This document shows, piece after piece, positions 26,734 through 36,825 of a DNA stretch of 64,000 bases. Position 1 is the first letter of the stretch. Every line of letters begins with the position of its first letter. The notes beneath the pieces were generated by a model. The model worked only from the letters and a program-made list of their open reading frames with translations, made no database searches and had not been told where the DNA came from. This DNA comes from Patescibacteria group bacterium (GTDB taxonomy: Bacteria; Patescibacteriota; Patescibacteriia; Magasanikbacterales; GWA2-37-8), in NCBI GenBank assembly GCA_041661385.1, contig JBAZUP010000001.1, positions 7,382-71,381 of the forward strand. Reading direction: 5' to 3'. The position numbers and the translations under genes are program-made.

Positions 26734-27119
26734 TCCACCCATTTTGTGCGCCCAAAACGGGTGGATCCCAAAAGGCGCCGAGCTGATACTTAGCTCGGCA
26801 AATGCCTCGGCGAAATCAAAACGATTTTTTCAAAAGTGCAAGGTCGCATTGAAAAAATCTAATTTCGTCGGGCAGTTTGCGGCTCGCTTCATATAGGCTC
26901 GGTCACGAATTGTTACCAATTGGCGAGTCCGAGTCTTTTGTGAAGCGATGCCACTTGTCTGGGCGAGGTGAACGTGGGTGGCGCAGTTGTTTGAGCCCAC
27001 AGGCGAGTTCTGCGCCACAGTGAGACGAGCCCTAGAAAGTGGCGAAGTGGAACAACCGACTCGGAGCCTTTTTGGTTTCTTTTTGGGCGAACAAAAAGAA
27101 ACCGCTCGCCGCGCAGGCG
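26734..27119. repeat. Modular quasi-palindromic non-coding element, copy C
   Basis: Central block near-identical to copy B; right arm homologous to the reverse complement of the copy A left arm. Confidence 0.8.
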
Positions 27120-27176
27120 TGGCAGCCAGTCCGGCGAGGACTGTTGTTTGAGTAACAGCCAGATTGGTGACTATCT

Positions 27177-27205
27177 TTGACAAAGACCCGTTATTTAACT
27201 ATAAT
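27177..27205 (+). promoter_or_regulatory. Perfect sigma70 promoter TTGACA-N17-TATAAT
   Basis: Exact consensus, 47 bp upstream of ATG 27253. Confidence 0.85.
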
Positions 27206-27252
27206 AAGCGAAGCTTCAACCCCTTAATGAAGTCCCTTTTTTATAATTTATT

Positions 27253-29316
27253 ATGTCAAAAAAGCACATCGAAACGATAATAAAATGGTTAATTTTCGCC
27301 ACCTTTTTTGTCCCGCTCGTCGTCGCGCCGAGTTCATTTATCTTTCCTTTCATTGTTCCTAAAATTCTTCTTTTCCGTTCGCTTACTACCCTTATTATTG
27401 CGCTATACGCCATTCTTTTATATATCAACCCCGCTCAATATCGCCCCCGCGCTTCTTGGTTAAATTGGGCAGTACTCGGTTTTCTAGTTAGTTTTACCCT
27501 TTCTACTTTTTTTGGTTCTGATCCGTATCACAGTTTTTGGGATAACCACGAACGCATGCTTGGTCTTTTTACCATTATTCATTATATTGCTTATTTTTTT
27601 ATATGCGCCCAGGTATTTCGTACCTGGGAGGATTGGAAATTGGCATTGCAAATCTTTTTAGTTGCCGGATCTTGTGTAATGTTTGTCGGATTGCTCCAAG
27701 TATTTAATCCAAATTTTCTTCTTAATGGCGGAAGTGGGCGTGTTATAGCGACAGTTGGCAATGCTATTTATGTCGGTGGTTATGGTTTATTTTTGTTTGC
27801 GGTTGCTAGTTTGTTATTTTTGAAAGAAAAAAATATTTGGTTAAAAGTAATATACGTTTTACTTGCGATTTTGGCGCTCATCGGCATTATTTTCAGCGGC
27901 ACCCGTGGTTCTTTACTTGGTTTAATATTTGGTATTGGCCTTGCGATGATAAGTTATGCTTTTACTTTAAAAGGAAAATCAAAAGTAAAAAATTATTTAT
28001 TAGGAGCTATAATTTTGGGCGTAGCGGTTTTGGGGCTCGCTTATGTAAATCGCCAGTCCAAATTTGTTACCGATATTCCGGCGCTTTCTCGCGTTCTAAA
28101 TACTTCTGTAAAAGAATTACAAGAGGGTGCCCGTGTCATTGCTTGGGGGGCGGCGTTTCAGGGCTGGAAAGACCGACCGATTCTCGGTTGGGGTCCAAAT
28201 AACTTTTTCTATGCATTTAATGCCCATTATGACGCTCGTTCGCTAGAATACGGCTATGGTGAAACCTGGTTCGATAATGCCCACAACATTTTGGTAAATA
28301 CGCTTGCAGTACAAGGGGTAGTTGGCATTATTACTTATCTTGCTATTTTTGCCGCCGCAATTTATATGTTAGTTTCGGCTTACCGAGGTGGTCGGGTCGA
28401 TCGGCACATTGCAGTTATTGGCGCAGCTTATCTCATGGCCCATTTACTTGAAAATGTTACAGTATTTGAAAATCCGACTTCATATTTATATTTTGTATTC
28501 TGGCTCGCCATGATCAACAGTTTGTCTAAAGTTGTTTTTGTAATTAGTGCGGAAAAAAATAAAGTAGTTTTAGATCAAAAAGCCGGTAACGGAATATTGC
28601 TTGGAGCCGGGCTTACCGCGGCGTTATTTATTTTTGTTCTCAATATTCAACCTGCCCGCGCGAATATGAAAACTTTGGACGCGCTTCAAATGATTAATGG
28701 AGATGTGACTCAATCTGTACCGCTTATTGAATCTGCGCTTGATTTTAATTCGCCTCACATTGATGATATCAGAAGTGATATTAGTAGAACACTCGTTGGT
28801 TCGCTTGGTGACACTAGCAGCAAGCTCGATGTTAGTTTAAAAAAACAGCTTTATAATATAGTTGAATCTTCAATGCTTGCGAATATTGAATTACACCCCT
28901 ACGACATTCGCAATCACTTAACTCTTGCGCAACTTTATCAAACTTTTGCGATTCAAAATAATGACGCGAGCGAAATGATAAAAGCCGAAAAATATTTGAC
29001 GGACACGATGGCTCTTTCACCTCGTCGCCAGCAGGTTATATATAATCTAGCAATTGTAAAACTTCAACTCGGTAAGGTGGCAGAAGCTGAAACATTATTT
29101 AAGCAAACTATTACCGATGATCCAAAGATCGCCGAAGGATATTTCCGCCTTGCTTATATGTTTGCGGCAATCGGCCAACCCGAAAAGGCTCTCGCGGTAA
29201 TAAAACAAGCCAGCGACAATAATGTTACCCTTGGCGAAGATCAATTAAATGCTATTAATCAAGTAATCATACAGGCTGCCAAAGCTGCCGGAGCGTCAAC
29301 TAAAACTAAGAAATAA
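27253..29316 (+). CDS. O-antigen ligase family (Wzy_C) protein with C-terminal TPRs; candidate O-oligosaccharyltransferase
   Basis: About 12 TM; ATVGNA, SGTRGS, RPILGWGPNNF, DNAHN motifs; TPR-like helices at the C-terminus. Confidence 0.85.
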   Translation: MSKKHIETIIKWLIFATFFVPLVVAPSSFIFPFIVPKILLFRSLTTLIIALYAILLYINPAQYRPRASWLNWAVLGFLVSFTLSTFFGSDPYHSFWDNHERMLGLFTIIHYIAYFFICAQVFRTWEDWKLALQIFLVAGSCVMFVGLLQVFNPNFLLNGGSGRVIATVGNAIYVGGYGLFLFAVASLLFLKEKNIWLKVIYVLLAILALIGIIFSGTRGSLLGLIFGIGLAMISYAFTLKGKSKVKNYLLGAIILGVAVLGLAYVNRQSKFVTDIPALSRVLNTSVKELQEGARVIAWGAAFQGWKDRPILGWGPNNFFYAFNAHYDARSLEYGYGETWFDNAHNILVNTLAVQGVVGIITYLAIFAAAIYMLVSAYRGGRVDRHIAVIGAAYLMAHLLENVTVFENPTSYLYFVFWLAMINSLSKVVFVISAEKNKVVLDQKAGNGILLGAGLTAALFIFVLNIQPARANMKTLDALQMINGDVTQSVPLIESALDFNSPHIDDIRSDISRTLVGSLGDTSSKLDVSLKKQLYNIVESSMLANIELHPYDIRNHLTLAQLYQTFAIQNNDASEMIKAEKYLTDTMALSPRRQQVIYNLAIVKLQLGKVAEAETLFKQTITDDPKIAEGYFRLAYMFAAIGQPEKALAVIKQASDNNVTLGEDQLNAINQVIIQAAKAAGASTKTKK

Positions 29317-29320
29317 TCAA

Positions 29321-29396
29321 TTATATGGGTTTTGCCCATATAAGCTCACTCGCTCGAAAATGAAATAAATTTTCATTTTACTCACTTATTTCGCAT
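29321..29396 (+). repeat. Structured motif, copy 1, abutting the rfbF ATG
   Basis: Homologous to 50512-50591: hairpin / RCTCAYTCGYTYG / AAAAT..ATTTT hairpin / ACTCACTYATTTCG. Confidence 0.75.
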
Positions 29397-30182
29397 ATGA
29401 AAACAATAATCCTTTGTGGTGGCACCGGTACCAGAATGAAAGAGGAAACTGAATTTAAACCAAAGCCCTTGGTTTTGGTCGGTGGAAAGCCAATTCTTTG
29501 GCATATTATGAAAACATACGCTCATTATGGATATAATGATTTTATTTTAGCGCTTGGGTATAAAGGAGACATGATTAAGCAGTATTTCTTAAACTGGCGG
29601 AATTATACTAATGATTTTACTTTGAGTACCAAAAATCATGAAATAACTTTTCATAATAATGATGTGGATGATTTTAAGATTACCTTCGTCGAAACCGGCG
29701 AGAATAGCTTGACCGGTGAGAGGGTCCGTCGTTGTGCGAAGTACCTTGGAACGGATGATTTCATGATTACTTATGGTGACGGTCTCGCTGATATTAATAT
29801 TAAACAACTGGTTGATTTTCATAAAACTCAAAATACTATTGGCACGACTACTGCCGTTCATCATATCAACCGGTTCGGATTATTGGATATTGATTTTAAA
29901 ACTAACAAATTAAAAGGTTTTTATCAGCACAAAGTAACTGAAGAAAACGATCGTCAGCAAGCCAAAGATTTCATCAATGGCGGTTTTATGGTTTTTAAAA
30001 ATGAAGTGTTGAAGCAAGTTGAAGCTGATAGTATGATAGAAAGCATTTTTGAGCCGCTTGCCGTGGCTGGTCAAATGTCAATTTTTGAACATAATGGCAA
30101 GTGGAAATGCATGGATACTTATAAGGAAGTCGAAGAAATGAATGAACTTTGGAAAAAGGATCCGTTTTGGAAAGTTTGGTAA
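29397..30182 (+). CDS. rfbF: Glucose-1-phosphate cytidylyltransferase
   Basis: ILCGGTGTRMKEET..KPKP, ILWHIMK, TYGDG, INGGF, WKCMDT. Confidence 0.85.
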   Translation: MKTIILCGGTGTRMKEETEFKPKPLVLVGGKPILWHIMKTYAHYGYNDFILALGYKGDMIKQYFLNWRNYTNDFTLSTKNHEITFHNNDVDDFKITFVETGENSLTGERVRRCAKYLGTDDFMITYGDGLADINIKQLVDFHKTQNTIGTTTAVHHINRFGLLDIDFKTNKLKGFYQHKVTEENDRQQAKDFINGGFMVFKNEVLKQVEADSMIESIFEPLAVAGQMSIFEHNGKWKCMDTYKEVEEMNELWKKDPFWKVW

Positions 30183-30196
30183 TTAACCAATTTTTT

Positions 30197-31150
30197 ATGT
30201 CTCTAAAAGGAAAAAATGTTCTGGTTACCGGCGCAACTGGCCTCGTCGGTTCGCATTTAACCGAAAAACTTTTGTCTCTGGGCGCGCTAGTTACTGTTAC
30301 CAAACGCTCTAGTAATCCGCGTTCATATTTTGCTGGTAAAAATTTCGGTGAAAAGGTAATCATGGCCGATTGTGATCTTAAAGATTTTCAACGGGTTTTT
30401 GATGTGGTCACTCGCTATGAAATCGAATATATTTTTCATGTGGCCGCTCAGCCAATAGTTGAAACTGCATATTTTAACCCGCGTGAAACTCTGGAAGATA
30501 ACATTAACGGCACAATAAATATTTTGGAATCAGCTCGTCTTTATCCGCGGGTTAAGGGTGTTGTTGTTGCCTCAAGCGACAAAGCCTACGGTAAGAAATG
30601 CGACAATGCGACGGAGGACGCGCCAATGGCCGGTGATCATCCTTATGACGTTTCTAAGTCCTGTGCAGACCTTATTACGCGTACTTATGCGAAGACTTAT
30701 GGAATGCCGGTTGCAGTTAGTCGATTTGGTAATATTTATGGTCCTGGCGATCTAAATCTTAATCGTATTGTACCCGGCATTATGAAAGCTGCTATTTTGG
30801 GGGAGGAGCTTGTTATCCGTAGTGATGGTAAATTTATTCGGGATTATGTTTATATAAAAGATGTGGTAGATGGTTATTTAAAATTGATGAATAATATTGA
30901 AAAATATAAAGGTGAAGCCTTTAATTTCAGTACCGGTTATAATTATTCAGTTTTGGAAATGGTAGAAAAAATTGGCGCCGTCATGGGTAAAAAAGTTAAT
31001 TTCAAAATTGTAAATAATCAAAAAAATGAAATTCCGGAACAAAGCTTGAATTATGACAAAGCGGAAAAATTGTTAAATTGGAAATCTGCTTTTACTTTTG
31101 AAGAGGGGATAAAAGAAACCTTTGAGTGGTATAAAAATTATTTAAAATAA
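30197..31150 (+). CDS. rfbG: CDP-glucose 4,6-dehydratase-like SDR
   Basis: GATGLVG, HVAAQPIV, SSDKAY, YDVSK, RFGNIYGPGD; follows rfbF. Confidence 0.75.
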   Translation: MSLKGKNVLVTGATGLVGSHLTEKLLSLGALVTVTKRSSNPRSYFAGKNFGEKVIMADCDLKDFQRVFDVVTRYEIEYIFHVAAQPIVETAYFNPRETLEDNINGTINILESARLYPRVKGVVVASSDKAYGKKCDNATEDAPMAGDHPYDVSKSCADLITRTYAKTYGMPVAVSRFGNIYGPGDLNLNRIVPGIMKAAILGEELVIRSDGKFIRDYVYIKDVVDGYLKLMNNIEKYKGEAFNFSTGYNYSVLEMVEKIGAVMGKKVNFKIVNNQKNEIPEQSLNYDKAEKLLNWKSAFTFEEGIKETFEWYKNYLK

Positions 31151-31156
31151 TTTTTT

Positions 31157-32929
31157 ATGGCGGTTATGACTGGCGCGGAGGTGGTAGCAAATTTTTTAAA
31201 GAAAAATAAAATTTCTCATGTTTTTGATGTCGCGGGCGGCATGATTGCCTATCTTGAAGATGCGATCAGCCGGACTCCGGAAATTCAATGCTTGCCCAGC
31301 CGGCACGAACAAGCCAGCGGTTTTGCCGCCGAGGGCTATGCCCGGATAAGCAAAAATTTTGGTGTTGCTACGGCTACCAGTGGCCCCGGTGCCACCAATC
31401 TTATTACCGCCATTGGCAGTTGTTTTTTTGATTCGGTGCCGACCATGTATATTACCGGTCAGGTAAACACCAAAGATATCAAAAAAAACGCCAATATTCG
31501 GCAAAATGGATTTCAGGAAACGGATATCGTTTCGGTGGTAAAAACGCTTACGAAATACGCAAAACAGGTATTAAAGGTGGGTGATGTTTTGTACGAGCTT
31601 GAAAAGGCGCATTTTTTTATGAAATCAGGCAGGCCCGGACCCGTCTTACTTGATATCCCGATTGATCTTCAGCGTACTTCGTTGGAAATATCGAAGTTTA
31701 GAAAATTTTATGGCTCCCCAGAGCATAAAAAACTCCTCAAGAAATCCGTTGAACCGGGTCTAAAAAATAAAATTAAAAAACTTGAAAAGCTAATTAAGGA
31801 ATCTAGTGCCCCGGTAATCTTAATCGGCGGCGGCATTCAAATCTCTAACACCCAAAAGGAATTAGAAAATTTTGTAAAAAGAAATAATCTTCCGGTTGTC
31901 AGCTCGCTGATGGGTTTAGATTCTTTTCCCGGTTCCTCAGATGATTTTGTCGGTTTTATCGGCAGTTACGGAAATCGCGAGGCCAATATTGTATTTGCTA
32001 ATGCCGACCTGATTATTTCGCTTGGTTCGCGTTTGGATGTGCGGCAAATAGGCAACCCGGCGCTGTTTGCAACGCATGCTAAGGTAGTTCAAGTGGATAT
32101 CGATCCGTATTCTATAAACAACATTGTAAAATCTCACCTGTCATTTGGAATGGATTTGAGAAGTTTTTTTAATCTGGCCAAGAATTTAAGGGCGAATCCA
32201 AAAAACGCCTGGCGGTTTTTTATTCGCAGGGTAAAAGAAAACTTTTCAAAAAAGAGCGTCAAATCTAAACAAATCGATCCCAATACTTTTATATCCAAAT
32301 TATCAGCCGTCTCCGGTAGAGATGTTTCGGTTGTTTCCGATGTCGGTAACCACCAGATGTGGCTGGCACAATCTTGGAAAACCAAGCCTGGTCAGCGCCT
32401 GTTATTTAGCGGTGGCATGGGTAGCATGGGGTTTGCTTTGCCGGCAGCAATCGGGGCACACTTTGCTGACACAAACAAAACCGTGGTCGTACTTTGCGGC
32501 GATGGCGGGTTTCAAATGAATATTCAGGAGTTAGAAACTGTTCGGCACCAAAAAGTACCGCTTAAGATATTTATATTAAACAACCAGTCGCTCGGCATGG
32601 TCAAAGATTTTCAAACCACATACCTGAAGAGTAATTTTCAATCTACCGTAATTGGTTATTCAAATCCCAGTTTTAGGAAGATTGCCTCCGCCTACGAGCT
32701 GGATTATGTTTCTATTGACAGCGGTTTGAAAGAAATTGAATTTTCCAAAATTTTAAATTCAAAAAAAGCAGTTTTAGTTGAAGTTAAAATACCGTTTAAC
32801 ACCACCCTTGAACCAAAAGTAACTTTTGGAAACGCTCTCGATAACCAATATCCGTTTTTAAGTGAGGAAAAAATGAAATTACTACGGGCAATCAAGGCGG
32901 AGTTTGAAGTAACAAAAAAATCGGCTTAG
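31157..32929 (+). CDS. ThDP-dependent acetolactate-synthase-like enzyme (YerE-like, branched-chain sugar)
   Basis: RHEQ, TSGPGATN, GRPGPV, DVGNHQMW, GDGGFQMNIQE..LNN; embedded among CDP-sugar genes. Confidence 0.85.
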   Translation: MAVMTGAEVVANFLKKNKISHVFDVAGGMIAYLEDAISRTPEIQCLPSRHEQASGFAAEGYARISKNFGVATATSGPGATNLITAIGSCFFDSVPTMYITGQVNTKDIKKNANIRQNGFQETDIVSVVKTLTKYAKQVLKVGDVLYELEKAHFFMKSGRPGPVLLDIPIDLQRTSLEISKFRKFYGSPEHKKLLKKSVEPGLKNKIKKLEKLIKESSAPVILIGGGIQISNTQKELENFVKRNNLPVVSSLMGLDSFPGSSDDFVGFIGSYGNREANIVFANADLIISLGSRLDVRQIGNPALFATHAKVVQVDIDPYSINNIVKSHLSFGMDLRSFFNLAKNLRANPKNAWRFFIRRVKENFSKKSVKSKQIDPNTFISKLSAVSGRDVSVVSDVGNHQMWLAQSWKTKPGQRLLFSGGMGSMGFALPAAIGAHFADTNKTVVVLCGDGGFQMNIQELETVRHQKVPLKIFILNNQSLGMVKDFQTTYLKSNFQSTVIGYSNPSFRKIASAYELDYVSIDSGLKEIEFSKILNSKKAVLVEVKIPFNTTLEPKVTFGNALDNQYPFLSEEKMKLLRAIKAEFEVTKKSA

Positions 32930-32931
32930 AT

Positions 32932-33825
32932 ATGTCTTTAAAAACTACCGTTTTTCTGGCAGGCGGATCAGGATTTATCGGCAAAAATATATTGGAACAG
33001 TTAGGTGATAAATATAATATTATCGCTCCGGACCGCGCTGAGCTGAATCTATTAGATAGCGAGGCCGTGCTGGATTTTTTTAAAAAAAATCCGGTTGATA
33101 TTGTCGTTAATTCAGCTGCGGAAGGAGTGTATATAAAAAACCGGATTGACCCGATGATAACTCTGAATAATTTAAAAATATTTTATAATCTTGTAAGAGC
33201 AAAAAAATATTTTAATCGAATGGTAATGCTGGGTTCAGGGGCGGAATATGATAAAAAACAGAATCTTAAAAAGACCTCGGAAAATGACTTTGATCGGACA
33301 GTTCCAGCCGATGAGTATGGCCTTTATAAATATATCTGCGCGAAATTCGCGGGCGAGGTAGACTATATTACCCATCTTCGACTATTTGGAGTTTTTGGAA
33401 AATATGAAAATTATGAGATTCGATTTATTTCCAATGCTATTTGTAAGGTGCTTTTTAATTTGCCGATTACCATACGGCAAGACGTAAAATTTGATTACAT
33501 ATTTATTGATGATTTTGTAAAAATTTTAGATCAAATTATCAAAAAAAAACCGGTGGAGAAATTTATTAATATTGGTAGAGGTGAGGATGTTAGTTTGAAA
33601 ACTCTCGCGGAAATGATTATCAAGGAAGTAGGTGTTAAGGTTCCGATTAAAATTTCCGAACCAGGTTTAGGCAATGAGTATAGTTGCAATAATTCCCGGT
33701 TGCTAAATGAGATGGAAATGATTGATTTTACTCCTTTTAGTGTTTCTATTTCAAACTTGGTGGAGTATTATCGTAAGATTTTGCCGACATTGAACAAAAA
33801 ATCATTTATTGATTATGAGAGATAA
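32932..33825 (+). CDS. NAD-dependent epimerase/reductase (SDR)
   Basis: GGSGFIG, GSGAEY, YGLYK, LRLFGVFG. Confidence 0.85.
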   Translation: MSLKTTVFLAGGSGFIGKNILEQLGDKYNIIAPDRAELNLLDSEAVLDFFKKNPVDIVVNSAAEGVYIKNRIDPMITLNNLKIFYNLVRAKKYFNRMVMLGSGAEYDKKQNLKKTSENDFDRTVPADEYGLYKYICAKFAGEVDYITHLRLFGVFGKYENYEIRFISNAICKVLFNLPITIRQDVKFDYIFIDDFVKILDQIIKKKPVEKFINIGRGEDVSLKTLAEMIIKEVGVKVPIKISEPGLGNEYSCNNSRLLNEMEMIDFTPFSVSISNLVEYYRKILPTLNKKSFIDYER

Positions 33826-34870
33826 TTTTAATAAAATTATTGATGAAGATTTAGCCTATATAATGAAAGCCGATTTGCCATGGCATGAATTGGAAGGAAA
33901 AAATATTTTAATCGCCGGCGCCAACGGTGCACTGCCGGCTTACATGGTGGAAACAATTTTATATCTGAACAAAAATTTGTTAAAAAATAAAGCGAAAATT
34001 TTTGCTTTGGTTAGAAATATTGAAAAAGCTCAAAAAAAATTTGGACGTCACAAAGACGATAAAAATTTGGAGTTTGTTATCCAGGACGTTTGTGACAAGA
34101 TAAATTTATCGAATGATTTAGATTACATAATTCATGCGGCAAGCCAGGCGAGTCCTAAATATTATGGCAGCGATCCGGTTGGGACACTTTTGCCAAACGT
34201 ACTTGGCACTTACAATCTTTTGGAATTAGCAAGAGAAAAAAGTCTGAAAGGTTTTATCTTTTTCAGCTCGGGGGCTGTTTACGGCCCAATTGGGGATAAT
34301 CAGCAGGCAAATAACGAAAAAAAATTTGGCATACTAGATCCGTTTACCATTGAATCTTGTTATCCGGAAAGCAAACGAATGGGTGAAAACATGTGCCAGG
34401 CCTGGCTTAGCCAGTACAAAATTCCTATCAAGGTGGTCAGACCATTTCATACCTATGGTCCGGGTGTTGGACTTAATGATGGACGGGTTTTTGCAGATTT
34501 TGTCCGTAATATAGTCAATAATGAAGATATTACTATGAATAGTGATGGAAGCGCAAAAAGAACTTTTTGTTATCTTGCCGATGCCGCAATCGCATTTTTT
34601 ACCGTGTTATTAAAAGGAAATATCGGTGAGGCTTATAACGTCAGCGGTGACAAATTGGTAAGTATTAGCGAGTTAGCCGGTACTCTGGTAAATATGTTTC
34701 CGGAGAAAAATCTAAAAATAAAAAGAAATGAAATTTTAGATAAAAATTATCTTAAAACCGCCGCTTCCGGGCATCTTCCGGATATCAGCAAAATTGTCGG
34801 ATTGGGGTGGAAGCCAGTTTATTCAATCGAGGAAGGCTTCAGGAGGATGATTAAAAGCTTTGAGCAATAA
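33815..34870 (+). CDS. NAD-dependent epimerase/dehydratase (UDP-glucuronate decarboxylase-like SDR)
   Basis: GANGAL, HAASQASP, YPESK, RPFHTYGPG, DGRVFADF. Confidence 0.85.
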   Translation: MRDNFNKIIDEDLAYIMKADLPWHELEGKNILIAGANGALPAYMVETILYLNKNLLKNKAKIFALVRNIEKAQKKFGRHKDDKNLEFVIQDVCDKINLSNDLDYIIHAASQASPKYYGSDPVGTLLPNVLGTYNLLELAREKSLKGFIFFSSGAVYGPIGDNQQANNEKKFGILDPFTIESCYPESKRMGENMCQAWLSQYKIPIKVVRPFHTYGPGVGLNDGRVFADFVRNIVNNEDITMNSDGSAKRTFCYLADAAIAFFTVLLKGNIGEAYNVSGDKLVSISELAGTLVNMFPEKNLKIKRNEILDKNYLKTAASGHLPDISKIVGLGWKPVYSIEEGFRRMIKSFEQ

Positions 34871-34891
34871 GGATATTCATTATATATTCAT

Positions 34892-35818
34892 ATGAAAAAA
34901 TTAATAGAAAATAAATTGGACTATAAAAAAGGTGCTATTCCAAAGGCGGAGTACATTGATATTATGTATCAAAATCACGCCGTCTTATTTGAGTATGCGG
35001 ATTTTATCAAGGATACTGATATCGAAAAAATAGAAATTTCCAATGGAGAAGTAATAATGGTAACCAAAGACTCCGGTATTAAAATTCTTTGCGCGAAAGG
35101 GGATAAAAGAATTGCCCCAATTGAAATATTGAATTTTGACCATTATGAAAAAAGCGAGCTTGATTTTACCCTGAAACTAATTGATAAAAAAAGCACCGTT
35201 TTTGATATCGGTGCGAATTATGGATGGTATTCATTTAATATCGCTAAATCATTTCCAGATTGTAAAATATATGCGTTTGAGCCAATACCCAGGACCTATT
35301 CATATTTGAAAACCAACATTGAATTAAATAAATTTTCAAATATAAATATAAATAATTTCGGTTTTTCCGACGTGGAGAAGGAAATTCCATTTTATTATTA
35401 CCCCGAAGGGTCGGCAAATGCTTCTGCAGCGAATTTGACGAATACGGATTCAGTGGTAAAAATAAATTGTCCGGTAATAATGTTGGATAATTTTGTCGCG
35501 AAGAACAATGTCGGATTAGATTTTATAAAATGCGATATTGAGGGGGCCGAGCTGTTAGCTTTTAAGGGGGGATTGAAATCTATCGCTAAATATAAACCGG
35601 TTATTTTTACCGAGATGCTTAGAAAATGGTCGGAAAAATTTAACTATCATCCGAATGAAATTATTAAATTATTGACAGACATCGGTTATGGGTGTTTTGT
35701 GATCGACGGTGATTATTTGAAACCATTTTACAAAATGGACGAGCAAACCATAGAAACAAATTTTTTCTTTTTGCATTTAGACCATCATAAGAAAAAAATA
35801 AATATGTTTCTTAAATAA
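34892..35818 (+). CDS. FkbM family methyltransferase
   Basis: FDIGANYG, AFEP, IKCDIEGAE. Confidence 0.9.
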   Translation: MKKLIENKLDYKKGAIPKAEYIDIMYQNHAVLFEYADFIKDTDIEKIEISNGEVIMVTKDSGIKILCAKGDKRIAPIEILNFDHYEKSELDFTLKLIDKKSTVFDIGANYGWYSFNIAKSFPDCKIYAFEPIPRTYSYLKTNIELNKFSNININNFGFSDVEKEIPFYYYPEGSANASAANLTNTDSVVKINCPVIMLDNFVAKNNVGLDFIKCDIEGAELLAFKGGLKSIAKYKPVIFTEMLRKWSEKFNYHPNEIIKLLTDIGYGCFVIDGDYLKPFYKMDEQTIETNFFFLHLDHHKKKINMFLK

Positions 35819-35828
35819 CTACATTTTT

Positions 35829-36767
35829 ATGGATGAAAAAAAACTTATCAGCGTGGTAACGCCGACTTATAATGAGGAGTTGAATGTTGAGGAATTATAT
35901 AATCAAACGAAGGCGGTTTTTGCTGGCTTGCCGCAATATAATTACGAGCATATTTTTATTGATAACGCATCTAAGGATAAAACTGTCGGGATTTTGAAAA
36001 ATATTGCCGTGAAAGATAAGAATGTTAAAATCATTGTTAATTCTAAGAATTTTGGCCATATTCGTTCGCCATACCATGGTTTGTTACAGGCCCGCGGTCA
36101 GGCAATTATTCTTTTGGTCGCCGACCTTCAGGATCCCCCGCAGTTAATAAATGATTTTTTAAAAAAATGGGAAGAGGGTTATTCAATAGTGGTCGGAGTA
36201 AAGAATAAAAGCGAAGAAAACCCCCTTATGTTTGCTGTCCGGAAATTGTATTATTATTTGATTAATAAATTTTCAGAAGTGGAACAAATTAAAAATTTCA
36301 CCGGTTTTGGATTGTATGACCAAAAATTTATTGAAATTTTACGGACCATAGATGATCCGTATCCATATTTGAGGGGAATGGTCACGGAATTGGGTTGGAA
36401 TCGGTTCGAAGTACCATATGTTCAACCGTCGCGAAAAAAAGGTAAAACCAGTAATAATTTTTATTCGCTCTATGATGTGGCGATGTTGGGTTTTGTCAAT
36501 CACTCAAAAATTCCGCTTCGGTTGGCAAGTTTTATCGGATTTGGGATGTCGGTAATAAGTTTTGTGATTGGTATAATTTATTTTACCTTCAAATTGCTTT
36601 ATTGGGACCGTTTCCAGACCGGTTTAGCCCCTCTAATTATTGGAATTTTTCTATTTTCTTCGGTTCAATTATTTTTTATTGGTATTTTGGGCGAATATAT
36701 TAGTGCTATTTATACCCAGGTTCGCCACCGCCCCCTGTTGATTGAAAAAGAGCGGATAAATTTTTAG
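35829..36767 (+). CDS. GT2 polyprenol-phosphate glycosyltransferase (GtrB-like)
   Basis: PTYNEE, DNASKD, NFG, ADLQDPP; two C-terminal TM helices ending GILGEYI. Confidence 0.9.
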   Translation: MDEKKLISVVTPTYNEELNVEELYNQTKAVFAGLPQYNYEHIFIDNASKDKTVGILKNIAVKDKNVKIIVNSKNFGHIRSPYHGLLQARGQAIILLVADLQDPPQLINDFLKKWEEGYSIVVGVKNKSEENPLMFAVRKLYYYLINKFSEVEQIKNFTGFGLYDQKFIEILRTIDDPYPYLRGMVTELGWNRFEVPYVQPSRKKGKTSNNFYSLYDVAMLGFVNHSKIPLRLASFIGFGMSVISFVIGIIYFTFKLLYWDRFQTGLAPLIIGIFLFSSVQLFFIGILGEYISAIYTQVRHRPLLIEKERINF

Positions 36768-36825
36768 TTGTCATTCTGTGCCTGTCAAAGAACTCCTTAA
36801 TAGAAATAATGAATCTAGCTCAATT

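Noticed and set aside
17091-27119. Possible CRISPR array or autonomous IS
   Set aside because: No regularly spaced identical repeats with unique spacers, no cas gene and no transposase ORF.
31157-32929. Annotation as ilvB (branched-chain amino acid synthesis)
   Set aside because: No ilvN/ilvC/ilvD nearby; tightly embedded in CDP-sugar genes.
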